A DNA stretch of 64,000 bases from Promethearchaeota archaeon (GCA_016839745.1 JAEOTS010000122.1:7572-71571), one strand, 5' to 3'; positions 30,498 through 40,636 are shown, numbered from the stretch's first letter. Numbers and translations: made by a program. Notes: generated by a model not told the origin, from the sequence alone.

Positions 30498-30665
30498 ATG
30501 TCAGCAGAAGAACGTCAAGCAGTGGAATATTTTAAGCAATGGATGGACCCCAATGGTGGAGGCCTTGCCCAATGGATCGAACATTTTTTAAATCAGGGCG
30601 ATGAAGCTAAGCTAAGACAAATTAAAGAAGTTTATGATAAAATTAAAACTGTTTTTGGATTTTAA
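30498..30665 (+). CDS. small hypothetical protein (55 aa); absent from the ORF track
   Basis: MSAEERQAVEYFKQWMDPNGGGLAQWIEHFLNQGDEAKLRQIKEVYDKIKTVFGF*. ATG start, protein-like composition, higher GC than the flanking AT-rich DNA. Confidence 0.7.
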   Translation: MSAEERQAVEYFKQWMDPNGGGLAQWIEHFLNQGDEAKLRQIKEVYDKIKTVFGF

Positions 30666-30714
30666 ATTCTGATTTTCTTATTTCAGCAATAAACTTAAGT
30701 TTTTTATAGGCTTA

Positions 30715-33393
30715 GTGATTTTTCTTTTGATTACCATTTCTAGGGATTATTTTATAGTTTTTGACAAAAATTGGGATATTAAAAAAGAATTATCATTCAA
30801 TGTTAACTTCTTTTATTTGAAATCTTTCAAGAAGAAAAATCAAACTTATTCTTATATAAAAAAACCTTTTTTCAGAGGCACTGTTCTCTTTGGATTAGAC
30901 TTTAAAGATAGAATTCGTCCCGTTGGTTTTTCTAAACTTGAAAATGATGGAAATTTAGAGCCTATTAATCCTAGACTTCTTAAAAAATTTCTTATTGATA
31001 AAAAAAATAAATTTATCGCTTTTTCTAGCCAAACTAAACCCGAAGATTTCACACCAATTAAAGAAATGCTCAAGAATCTTCAATATGATCAAGATAATAT
31101 CATAAATATGACTTTTTGCAAATCCTGCTTAGATAATAAAAAATTTACAATTCTAAATGAAAAATCCAAGATTAAATCGTTAAGGCATCAATTTATTTGT
31201 TCTGATTGTGCATTAGATGTTGTAGTAAAACAAGTTCAAGTTGCAGGACTTATTTCTTCTGGTAAACTTAATCCGAAACTTAAAAATTTTTTTAATCACT
31301 TAATTTTAAAATTTCGGGACCTAAATAAAATACTAAACTCTTTTAAGGTTGATTTCAATCCCGTAAAAAATAAAGAGATGACACTTTATGATATCGAAAA
31401 AAATCCACCAATTAGTAAGAAATATCTAAATTATACGATTGATAACTTAGAAATCCCCAAAGATTTTAAGGAGTTACTAAAATCACTCAAAATTATGAGG
31501 TTATTGCCGATACAAGCAATCTCAATAGAAACAGGATTATTAAAAGAGCAAAAAAGTCAATTGGTTATGGCGCCGACATCAGCAGGTAAAACTCTAATTG
31601 GTGAGTTGGCAGGGATTTCAAGAGTTCTGAAAGATAATCGCAAATTGCTTTATCTAGTGCCTATCAGAGCGTTGGCAAGTTTAAGGACGGAAGAATTTAA
31701 AAATAAATATAAACCATTAAATTTGCAAATAATAAAAAGAATAGGAGAATCTATATTAGAGAAGAAAGAAAAGGAAGATTTAGAAGAATTGATAAAGGCA
31801 GACATTATTATAGCTACTTATGAGGCTATTGACTATATTTTAAGAAGTGGTAATAAAAATAATTTGGGATCCATTGGGACAATAATTATTGATGAAATTC
31901 AAACTTTGAGTGATCAGGAACGTGGATTTATTTTAGATGGTTTAATAGCACGGCTAAAATCAATATTTAAGGGGATTCAATATTTATATTTAAGTGCTAC
32001 AATAGGAGAACCAGTAGCTTTAGCTAAAACATTAGATTGTGTTTTGATTAATTACAATAATAGACCCGTTCCAATCGAACGACATTTAGTACTATGTCTT
32101 AACGAAGCAATAAAACTTAAAAATATAACAAAATTAGTGCGATCTGCTTACTTAGAAACCTCAACTTATGGATTTAAAGGCCAATCTATAATATTTACAA
32201 ATTCAAGAAAAAAGTGCGAGTCTCTGACGACTTATTTACAAAATAAGGGACTCAGAGTAAGATCTTACCATTCTGGATTAACTAATGAAGAGAGGTTGAT
32301 AATAGAAAGGGAATTCCAGAATCAAACTATTTCAGCAGTTGTAGCAACCGCAGCACTAGCTGCTGGTGTTGATTTACCTGCAAAACAGGTGATTTTCGAA
32401 TCATTAACAATGGGTATAAACATATTAACAGTCGCTGAATTTGAGCAAATGTTAGGAAGAGCTGGAAGGTTAAAAAAACACGACCTTGGATTGGTATATC
32501 TTCTAATTGAACCTGGAAAGATATATTCCCATAGAACAAAGGTTTCCGAAGAAAATATCGCCATTAACTTACTTAATGGAAAAATTAAAGATTATGAATT
32601 ACATCCTGATGGGGATAAATCCCTAACTGAACTGCTCGCTTTTATCTCGATGTATAATGAAGGTATTGTAAGAGATAAGATATATAAATTTAATGAATAT
32701 TTAATTAATTCTAACTATGAGCTAGAAGAATTCTTGAAAAAGCTAACAAATTATCGACTTGTCCGCATAGAAAGCAATATTAAATATAGTGCTACATATT
32801 TAGGTCAATCTATAGCAAAATCCTTTCTAACTGTTGAAAAAAGTTTGGAAATTGTTGAGATATTAAGAAAGAAAGAAAAAAAGATTATTGAAATTGTTCT
32901 TGAGTTAAAAGCACTAAAGAATGTATATTTAACAAAGAAAGTTGTTGCAGACTTGTCAAAGCACAGAGCAGCAAAATATTCCTCAAATAATTTCTTTAGC
33001 GCGAGCGTTCTTTCGCTCATGGATGCAAACTATGTTAAGAAGAGAAAATCCTTTTCAGATGAATTTATAGAATATGTTGTAAAATGGACAGGAGAAATTT
33101 TTAATTGCGATTGTAAAGATAAACCTTATTGTGAATGTGGGAGAATTAATCTAGAAAGGATAATTTTAAATTTACGGATTGAAAATAAGTTCTCAATTAG
33201 AGAGATTAGTGATTATCTCGAAGAGGAGCTAAAAATCTTAATCTATAAGGGAGATATCACGGATTATTTAGAAAATTTGATTTATTCTTTCGAAAGTGTA
33301 CTAAATATTTCAAAAGGAATCTCTAATTTAGATCCCGATTATGAGAAGGAGCTATTAGATATACCCAATATTATTGAAAAAATTAGAAGTTGA
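30715..33393 (+). CDS. archaeal DEAD/DEAH-box (Ski2-like) helicase with DUF5814-type Cys-rich regions
   Basis: APTSAGKT, DEIQ, SAT, FTNSRK, YHSGL, TAALAAGVDLPA, QMLGRAGR; N-terminal CKSC/CSDC and C-terminal CDCKDKPYCEC. Confidence 0.9.
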   Translation: MIFLLITISRDYFIVFDKNWDIKKELSFNVNFFYLKSFKKKNQTYSYIKKPFFRGTVLFGLDFKDRIRPVGFSKLENDGNLEPINPRLLKKFLIDKKNKFIAFSSQTKPEDFTPIKEMLKNLQYDQDNIINMTFCKSCLDNKKFTILNEKSKIKSLRHQFICSDCALDVVVKQVQVAGLISSGKLNPKLKNFFNHLILKFRDLNKILNSFKVDFNPVKNKEMTLYDIEKNPPISKKYLNYTIDNLEIPKDFKELLKSLKIMRLLPIQAISIETGLLKEQKSQLVMAPTSAGKTLIGELAGISRVLKDNRKLLYLVPIRALASLRTEEFKNKYKPLNLQIIKRIGESILEKKEKEDLEELIKADIIIATYEAIDYILRSGNKNNLGSIGTIIIDEIQTLSDQERGFILDGLIARLKSIFKGIQYLYLSATIGEPVALAKTLDCVLINYNNRPVPIERHLVLCLNEAIKLKNITKLVRSAYLETSTYGFKGQSIIFTNSRKKCESLTTYLQNKGLRVRSYHSGLTNEERLIIEREFQNQTISAVVATAALAAGVDLPAKQVIFESLTMGINILTVAEFEQMLGRAGRLKKHDLGLVYLLIEPGKIYSHRTKVSEENIAINLLNGKIKDYELHPDGDKSLTELLAFISMYNEGIVRDKIYKFNEYLINSNYELEEFLKKLTNYRLVRIESNIKYSATYLGQSIAKSFLTVEKSLEIVEILRKKEKKIIEIVLELKALKNVYLTKKVVADLSKHRAAKYSSNNFFSASVLSLMDANYVKKRKSFSDEFIEYVVKWTGEIFNCDCKDKPYCECGRINLERIILNLRIENKFSIREISDYLEEELKILIYKGDITDYLENLIYSFESVLNISKGISNLDPDYEKELLDIPNIIEKIRS

Positions 33394-33519
33394 TCTTTTT
33401 ATTCAATTAAAAAAAAATTAATGGTAAAAATTTAATAAATAAAATATTATTCGATAATTAATTAGTTGTTAAAATCTCTGGTAAATATTTAAGAATTAAA
33501 AACACATCTCTGTATCTAT

Positions 33520-34479
33520 ATGATTTACTCCATTTTTCTTTATCAAAGTCCAACAGGTTTATTGATATACGACAAGAGTTTCCAAGAGATCAGTTCTGGA
33601 AAGATGGAAATGTTTAGTGCTTTTTTTTCTGCAATAAAAACTTTTGTTTCTGAACTCGTATTAGGCGATTCGTTAGATCGTTCAAAAGAATTAACAAATA
33701 TAGAATTAAAAGATTATATCGTTTTGGTTACTTCCCTATCTAAAATTAAAGTTGATATGGTCATCATTGCCGATAAAGAAGATACAAAATCTATTAATAA
33801 AGTTATTCCAAAATTGATTAAACTATTAAATAAATACGAGCAATTATTTCTTTCATGGGATGGGAATAGAGATGAATTAAAAATACTAGATCACCCACTA
33901 ACAGAATTAATTGCAGCTAATATAAAAGTTGTAAGAAAATCTTTGCTGGAACATCCCGATCAAATGTTAAAATCAATTTGGGCTCATAAAAAGCAACTTT
34001 CAAGAGAAAATGTCGAAAACTTAATTCAAGAAAGAGATCTTATTATATATAAAATTGAAAATACTGCGAATCTTACTAGAAAAATAGCTATGTCTGAAAC
34101 TGTAGTAGAATTATCAGAGAAATTAAAAGACGAGACAACCTTTCTAAAATATCAAAAAGAAGTAAATAAATTAAAAAATGAAATAAAGGATGTAAAATTT
34201 AAATTGAACTATTATTTGGAAAAAACAAGAGAAGCTCTAAGCGAGGCTATTAAAAATTTAGATAATAAACCAATTCATCAAGGAGATTATAAAAATACCT
34301 ATCTAAATTTGTATTCCTTTAGTACAAAACTAAAATTGATAAAAGAAAACGGTTGGGAAATTTACCGGGAATTAGCAAGTAAACTCATTGAAAAAGATGC
34401 ATTAAGTGATAGTAATCTTTCTGAACTTATCCAGAATTTATTAAAAATGAGTTCTAATATAGAAGATTATTTGAATTAG
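33520..34479 (+). CDS. N-terminal longin-like domain protein with helical C-terminus
   Basis: IFLY..TGLLIYDKSF....MFSAFFSAIKTFVSEL pattern, typical of Asgard longin-like domains. Confidence 0.6.
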   Translation: MIYSIFLYQSPTGLLIYDKSFQEISSGKMEMFSAFFSAIKTFVSELVLGDSLDRSKELTNIELKDYIVLVTSLSKIKVDMVIIADKEDTKSINKVIPKLIKLLNKYEQLFLSWDGNRDELKILDHPLTELIAANIKVVRKSLLEHPDQMLKSIWAHKKQLSRENVENLIQERDLIIYKIENTANLTRKIAMSETVVELSEKLKDETTFLKYQKEVNKLKNEIKDVKFKLNYYLEKTREALSEAIKNLDNKPIHQGDYKNTYLNLYSFSTKLKLIKENGWEIYRELASKLIEKDALSDSNLSELIQNLLKMSSNIEDYLN

Positions 34480-34506
34480 TAAAAAAAGTTTACATTGTTC
34501 TGTTAC

Positions 34507-35703
34507 TTATTTTATATGTAATTCGATTATATCATTTTCTTTTAACTCGTAATCTAAACCAACTTTTTTCTTCTCTTGTCTAGCGTCCTTCCGAATAATT
34601 GTTGCGTAATCGAGTGATTCGAGGAAACTTCTGTGGATCTTTATAGCTACATTCCGCACTGTTGGGTGAATATTGTCAATTAATAGTGGTTTTTCAGCCA
34701 CAACTCCCTTATGCATTGTATAAACCTTGATTTTTCCTAAAAATTTTAATACAATTTTTCCAAAATCCTCAGGTATTTCCTTTTTGTTTACACTCGTTCC
34801 AATTACTAATGGAAATTGTTCTGAATAATAATTTTCTAGTTCCAAAAAAGAATTTTTTGTAAGAGATAAGTCTCCCTTGGTCCCTAAGATAATAGATTTT
34901 TTGTATGTCATGGAAGGATTTAGTGTATCAACGACTTGTTCAAGATTTATCTTCCCAAAAACCTTAACAATGCCATTCCGTATGCCACCTGCTTTAGTTA
35001 TTTCTTTAATTCTCTCAGTTAATTCTTCAATGTTTTTATTTTCTTTAGCTTCGCTCGTTAAATAAAATACTTGAATCTTATTAGAACCTGTCTTCTCAAT
35101 GGTAATTGGAGGTGGTGGAACATTAAGGCGTACATGGGATTCCTGTAATTCCTTTAATAGCAAATTCATTTGTTCTTTATAATTACGCGATAAGTCTATG
35201 CAAAAGCATATTAGATCGCAAGCTCTTAATTGAGATATTATTTCTTTACCGTTTCCTATCCCATTTGCAGCCCCCTCCATAATTGAGGGCATATCAACAA
35301 TTTGATAACGAACTTTATTATGTTCATAAATACCAATTTCAGGAAGAGGAGTAAATTTACCTATCTTTTCTTTTGCAGCCCCGGTTAATAAATTCAGAAG
35401 GGATGTTTTCCCAACACCGGGAGAATGATAGTCACTTATTAGAATTAGTTGGATTCCTTCTTTTTTTATTGAAAAAGGACTAACTTGTTTACCCATAGAC
35501 TTAATGCGATTTTTTTGCGCTTCTTGTTCTCTTCTAAGTTTTGCAAGGCGCGATTTGTTTAGGGCGACTATTTTTTCAGTAGCTTTGTGTTTAGGAACTA
35601 AGGATAGATACTCTTCTAGACGCTTTATCTTTTCATCAATGGTAGTGGCTTCCAAATATTTTTGATATGCTGCTTGCGCTTCTGGTCCTATATTTGAACT
35701 CAT
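34507..35703 (-). CDS. DRG/OBG family GTPase with TGS domain (divergent G motifs)
   Basis: VPKHKATEK N-terminal helix, PGVGKTS, IVDMPSIMEGA, TKGD, TGS (VAIKIH...KVGLDYELKENDIIEL). Confidence 0.88.
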   Translation of the reverse strand: MSSNIGPEAQAAYQKYLEATTIDEKIKRLEEYLSLVPKHKATEKIVALNKSRLAKLRREQEAQKNRIKSMGKQVSPFSIKKEGIQLILISDYHSPGVGKTSLLNLLTGAAKEKIGKFTPLPEIGIYEHNKVRYQIVDMPSIMEGAANGIGNGKEIISQLRACDLICFCIDLSRNYKEQMNLLLKELQESHVRLNVPPPPITIEKTGSNKIQVFYLTSEAKENKNIEELTERIKEITKAGGIRNGIVKVFGKINLEQVVDTLNPSMTYKKSIILGTKGDLSLTKNSFLELENYYSEQFPLVIGTSVNKKEIPEDFGKIVLKFLGKIKVYTMHKGVVAEKPLLIDNIHPTVRNVAIKIHRSFLESLDYATIIRKDARQEKKKVGLDYELKENDIIELHIK

Positions 35704-35731
35704 TAAAAAAAGCCAACTCTTAAAAAATAAT

Positions 35732-36187
35732 TTAGAAAATCGATCGAAACCTATCTTCTGTTTTTAGTTTTAAATCTCCTATAATTTTATCAATTCTGGC
35801 TTCAAAATTCTTGAAAAATTTTTCTTTTTTCGAAAAAATATCGTTAAGAGAGTATCTATTTAGAAAATGAGAATTAACTTCACTTAACTGTTTTTTGACG
35901 ATACTTGAATCCGTTTCTTTCTCAGTTATAGCAAAGGAAATTAATGGCTGCTTATTTAATTCATCGCTTGGTAAAGATATTAAATCGCAATAGCAAACTA
36001 GTTTAAAAGAGGCTAAAGATATAACATTTATATCATCTCCAAACACTTCTGATGTAAAACTTTCGAGTGCAGAGAGAAATCCTGCTCTTAATTCTGGATC
36101 TAAACCTACTCCTGTATCAGAATCGTAGTATTTTATATTCAAAAGGTTTCGTATACCTAAATTTATGCCAAGTTCTAAAATAGCCAT
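35732..36187 (-). CDS. stand-alone longin-like domain protein
   Basis: DPELRAGFLSALESFTSEVFGDDINVISLASFKLV; C-terminal helix HFLNRY. Confidence 0.6.
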   Translation of the reverse strand: MAILELGINLGIRNLLNIKYYDSDTGVGLDPELRAGFLSALESFTSEVFGDDINVISLASFKLVCYCDLISLPSDELNKQPLISFAITEKETDSSIVKKQLSEVNSHFLNRYSLNDIFSKKEKFFKNFEARIDKIIGDLKLKTEDRFRSIF

Positions 36188-36301
36188 CTTTCAATGTGAG
36201 TCAATTTTTAATCCTAACCTTATAAGGTTGTAAGTATATTTAATAATTTCACTTTAGATTATTTGTTTTTTTTTGATAAATAATTCGTCATATTAAGAGG
36301 A

Positions 36302-37159
36302 TTACAGCTTAAAGTGGTTTTTATAGGTAAAGAATGTGTTTTGGAGTAAAAAGCTTACTGTCATCGGTCCAACACCCCCCGGATTTGGAGTAATCCAGGA
36401 GCACTTGTCAAAAACTCCTTGATAATCAACGTCTCCACATGTTTTTCCATTTACTTTACTGATACCCACATCTATTATAACCACACCTTCTTTTATTTTT
36501 TCTTTAGTGATGAAGTTTGGTTGACCGACAGCGGTTATTAAAATGTCTGCATTCATAATGTAATCATTTATATTTACCGTTGATGTGTGACAAATTGATA
36601 CTGTTGCGTTTCTTTTTAAAAGCATGAAAAATAATGGTTTTCCAACTAAATTTGATCGGTTTATAATAACAGCATGTTTTCCCTTGATTTCTATATTATA
36701 GTACTCTAGAAGCGCTATAATCCCTTTTGGAGTACAAGGCACGAGATCTTCATTGTAGTCAAACAATTTGCCCCTATTGATTGGATGAAGCCCATCTACA
36801 TCCTTTAGAGGACTGATTATTTCATTAAAATCTTTAGTGAAAGGTTTTAATTTTTTTGGAAGAGGTTGTTGCAATATTATCCCATGAATGGTGTTATCTG
36901 CGTTTAACCTTTCAATTTCATTTATTAACGCTTCTTTTGTAATAGCTTGCTTTAAATTTACTAAAATTGATTCAATTCCAATTTCAGTGCACCTTCTTCT
37001 TTTTATGTTTAAATATAATTCCGACGCAGGATCATTACCAACTAGAACACCCGCTAATTTCGGTTTTACACCAGTTTTTTCTGAAATCAATTTTATTTTC
37101 TTTTCTAATTCAAAATTTAATTTCTGTGATAATTCTTTACCATCTAATATTTTTCCCAT
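36302..37159 (-). CDS. folD: bifunctional methylenetetrahydrofolate dehydrogenase/cyclohydrolase
   Basis: ILDGK, KDVDGLHP, PCTPKG, RSNLVGKP, NATVSICH, IDVG, TPNPGGVGPMTV. Confidence 0.96.
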   Translation of the reverse strand: MGKILDGKELSQKLNFELEKKIKLISEKTGVKPKLAGVLVGNDPASELYLNIKRRRCTEIGIESILVNLKQAITKEALINEIERLNADNTIHGIILQQPLPKKLKPFTKDFNEIISPLKDVDGLHPINRGKLFDYNEDLVPCTPKGIIALLEYYNIEIKGKHAVIINRSNLVGKPLFFMLLKRNATVSICHTSTVNINDYIMNADILITAVGQPNFITKEKIKEGVVIIDVGISKVNGKTCGDVDYQGVFDKCSWITPNPGGVGPMTVSFLLQNTFFTYKNHFKL

Positions 37160-37272
37160 AATAATCTTGACTTTTCAAGTGATAAACTTAATTTTAATCA
37201 AATATATGTAAAACAAGGTATTCATTGAAATAAATAAGTATTATTATATGCTTATTAAATGATAAAAAAAGT

Positions 37273-38382
37273 TTAAATTCTTCTCCTACGCAAAATTAAG
37301 TAAACAACTAATACGATTACTCCTATAACTGTAAGTACAATAATCAAGATTAAAAAATTAAGCTCGACCATGAAAATATCTTCGTTCAATAAATCTAGCG
37401 ATCCAAGGATTTGTAAAATTTTGAAAGCAGAATAGGATGTACTAATAGAAGAGAGTCTTTGATTGATATCTTCATTCCAATCACTAAAACCACCATCGAG
37501 AAAACTTTGATGTTCTAATACCCAATTGGAAGTTGCGACTCTATTTAATTCAGTCTCGTCTATTAATCTAATTCCTTCAACGCAGAGGTATGTACTACTT
37601 AATAATGGAGTTTTAGCGTATAAATCAGGTAAATAACCACCGTAGTGTTCAAGATTATTAGAGTCTCCGATATAATGTGATTTAAAGTAATTTAAAGTTG
37701 CAGTTTGATTAGCTAAATCATTTATTGAACCTAATTCACTAAATAAATTAACCGCAAAATATGTAGTAGTCAATGTAGATGATAAAGATTGGTTTCCTCC
37801 ATACCCTCCGTCTGTATTATTGCACGATAATACCCAAGTTTTATGGATTGTTTCATTTTCAACCGGTTCATCGATTATGGTAAATATATTATATATATAG
37901 TAAGTTGAAGCCATGTTTGCAGCATTAGATATGTTTGTAGGACTAAAGCCACCTCCGATCTGAATGGTGTCATTTATGTACGTATAAATTTGATCACGTA
38001 AAACTGAATTTAAAGAAGTTTCTAGGGATTCCAGCATGTTTAATGTTTCTAAAAGATAGTATATTTGGTAGATATCAATTTCTCCTGTCTCAAACATAGT
38101 TCGAATTTGTTCTTGTAAGTAAGCCTTTAAACCAGTTATACCAACGCTTCTAATCTCCTCAAATAAGACTTCAATAAGATAAGCATTATAAAAGTCCAAA
38201 ATTTCTATTGCGTTAGCTGTGTCTTGGGGTGATATGCCAAAACTTTCGTTTGCTTTTTGATTTTCGTAAATAAAATCGACTAAATGACTCTGACGGGTTT
38301 TTGCTAATGCTATTGGTGTAATACTTAGCATTAAAGTAATTAATAATAAAGCAAATGTTAAATTCCGAACTCTGTTTTTCAA
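37273..38382 (-). CDS. type I membrane protein with prenyltransferase/squalene-cyclase-like alpha-alpha repeats
   Basis: Signal peptide, repeats QIGGGFSP, CNNTDGGYGG, YGGYLP, QSFLDGGF each followed by STY/TTY, C-terminal TM and RRRRI tail. Confidence 0.75.
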   Translation of the reverse strand: MKNRVRNLTFALLLITLMLSITPIALAKTRQSHLVDFIYENQKANESFGISPQDTANAIEILDFYNAYLIEVLFEEIRSVGITGLKAYLQEQIRTMFETGEIDIYQIYYLLETLNMLESLETSLNSVLRDQIYTYINDTIQIGGGFSPTNISNAANMASTYYIYNIFTIIDEPVENETIHKTWVLSCNNTDGGYGGNQSLSSTLTTTYFAVNLFSELGSINDLANQTATLNYFKSHYIGDSNNLEHYGGYLPDLYAKTPLLSSTYLCVEGIRLIDETELNRVATSNWVLEHQSFLDGGFSDWNEDINQRLSSISTSYSAFKILQILGSLDLLNEDIFMVELNFLILIIVLTVIGVIVLVVYLILRRRRI

Positions 38383-38528
38383 TTAAAAAAAAACCCCAAT
38401 CTGGTTTTAACTAAATTTTAATTTTTTAAATTTAACGTGTAATTAAAAATTAACGATCTTTTGAGTTTTTAGTTAGATTATCATGTAAACTATAATAAAA
38501 ATTAGAAATAAATTGATCAAAGTTTGAT

Positions 38529-40055
38529 CTAAAAAATATCGCTAATATTCTTATATAACGCAGCACTATTGGATTGAAATTCTTCGTGGGTTACAAATAG
38601 ATTTTGAAAGCTCGGCAAGCTCCCGAGTATACTAGCGCCATTAAATATAGCAAACTGTAAGTTTTCTGGTACGAAGAATCTTACTACCTCTTCCGATGAC
38701 TCGTAAAAACCAGAAAATTCTCTAGCAGGTGGAGTATTCTTAACGATCTCAGGAGGTACCTCTGGTATCTCTGTTAATGGAAAACTTTTTCCACAATAAG
38801 GACAAAAAATCGAATCTTCATCTTCAACTTTCTTTTTGCAATTAGGGCAAATTCTCTTTCCTTTTTCACTTTTAGAATTTGTGCCTAGTTTAATGCTTCC
38901 AATTGAAAGCTCGGGTAAAATCATTCTACCATTACAAGACGGACAGAACTCTTTACCATCAGTTAGATCTACTAACGTACCACAATGTGGACAAGTATCT
39001 TCCTTCTTCTGTGATTTTTCTTTTAATTTCATTTTTTGCCTTTCTTCCCGTGAGGCTTTCACAATCTTAGGTTTTGGTATTTTTCCCAGCTGTGGGATTA
39101 ATTGTGCTAGTTCAGATCGTAGTCTCTCTTCAAATCCAGAATATGAAAGATTTCCACCCGATATCATAATATGTGAAAGAAGATCGCTCCAATAATATTT
39201 GTCAATTCCTTGCAAGCTATTTATAACCGCTTGTGGAATGTTAAGGATATTATACCCTAATAAGTTAGGTTTAAATAATACTTCTGGTGCTTCATGGAAG
39301 ATATAATTTGGTATATTAATATTAGATCCATCTGGCATTGTAAAACTAAAACTATCATCTAACTTTGGAGGGTGTTCAGGATCTAAAGCGAAAAAGCAGT
39401 TTTTTTCTTTGATATCTTTAATTATTTCGTCGACTGCACTTGATTCAATATTAATACCTTCTCTCATAAGTAAATTCTTTAAATGTTGATTTACATCTGT
39501 ACCAGCTAAAGTTAATTTTTGCACCGATTGATCAACAATTTCTCCACTCAGAATGGGGCATACCCAAGTGATTCCATCTCCACTCTCTATAACTGTACCA
39601 GTTGTTAACCCTACACTAAATAAAGACAGTATAGGGGTAGGAATCATTATTAAACTTCTGACTTTATGGGTTTCATATAAAACTCGAGCAATATATTCCT
39701 TAGTCTCCCGCTGGACAAACGGAGGTTCAGTGTATAGCACTGGATAATTAGTAAGATTTTCAATTCTTAATAGCGAATAGAAAATATAATTTAAGATTTC
39801 ATAATAATCGTTCCAATCCATTATTGCACCCCGTTCGATAGGGTGTTTTATTTTTAGAACTCCTCGCATTTTTGAAGCGTCTGATCCGATATATATATTT
39901 CGGGCGCCAACATCAACCATTACAGCTTTATATTTTTCAGTACCGGTGATGGTGGGGAAAACAAACCTAGGACTAGGCTCTCCCGCGAAACCTATCTTAG
40001 TGTAGGCTGAACCAATGTCGACGATAATCGGGGTTCCCGGTAATGGTACTGCCAT
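38529..40055 (-). CDS. actin-related protein with double zinc-ribbon insertion
   Basis: IVDIGSAYTKIGFAGEPSP, HPIERG, VLYTEPP, TTGTVIESGDG, LAGTDV, IKEK, MPDG, PEVLFKP, SGG, GASILGSL; insertion carries four CPxC. Confidence 0.93.
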   Translation of the reverse strand: MAVPLPGTPIIVDIGSAYTKIGFAGEPSPRFVFPTITGTEKYKAVMVDVGARNIYIGSDASKMRGVLKIKHPIERGAIMDWNDYYEILNYIFYSLLRIENLTNYPVLYTEPPFVQRETKEYIARVLYETHKVRSLIMIPTPILSLFSVGLTTGTVIESGDGITWVCPILSGEIVDQSVQKLTLAGTDVNQHLKNLLMREGINIESSAVDEIIKDIKEKNCFFALDPEHPPKLDDSFSFTMPDGSNINIPNYIFHEAPEVLFKPNLLGYNILNIPQAVINSLQGIDKYYWSDLLSHIMISGGNLSYSGFEERLRSELAQLIPQLGKIPKPKIVKASREERQKMKLKEKSQKKEDTCPHCGTLVDLTDGKEFCPSCNGRMILPELSIGSIKLGTNSKSEKGKRICPNCKKKVEDEDSIFCPYCGKSFPLTEIPEVPPEIVKNTPPAREFSGFYESSEEVVRFFVPENLQFAIFNGASILGSLPSFQNLFVTHEEFQSNSAALYKNISDIF

Positions 40056-40213
40056 GCTTGATCAATTAAATTTTTTAAAGGTTTATGTTCTTTTATATAA
40101 ATCTCTAAATTTAAGTATTAGTACAATAATATAATAAAATGATTTTCCTTAATTAAATAATTTTTCCAAAAGAGGAAAGATAAGTTAGAATATTTTAATT
40201 ACCAAGATCCATA

Positions 40214-40636
40214 TTAATCGATTTTTAAAGATTTTTCTAGCTTCTTTTCAATTCCTTCTAATTCGGTTAGGAGATTTTTATAAGTTTTCAGTAAATACTT
40301 GCCCCAATCGTTTAGTTTAACCCATCCCCCTCCACCAAGACCTCCTTTTCTAGTTTCTACAGGTGTTTTTCCTGATCTTTCTTTTATTTTATTTAAAATG
40401 TTCCACGCATATTTGTATGAATAACCGCACTCTTTTGCTGCTTTTGTTAAAGATTTGGGCTCGTTGTTATTAGCGTCATCAATACATTCAAGTAAATTAG
40501 CCCATCCTGACCCTAAAATATTTTTACGACCCTCATCTTGAAATTCTAGCCAGAATTTGATTCCAAAACTAATTTTACCTTTTAATTTTTCGATATTAGA
40601 GTTATCCTCCAATTTTTCACTAGAAGGTTCTTCCAT
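40214..40636 (-). CDS. ModE-like winged helix-turn-helix transcriptional regulator
   Basis: ILGSG..LL..I, SLTKAAKECGYSYKYAW, VETRKGGLGGGG.KLNDWG. Confidence 0.85.
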   Translation of the reverse strand: MEEPSSEKLEDNSNIEKLKGKISFGIKFWLEFQDEGRKNILGSGWANLLECIDDANNNEPKSLTKAAKECGYSYKYAWNILNKIKERSGKTPVETRKGGLGGGGWVKLNDWGKYLLKTYKNLLTELEGIEKKLEKSLKID

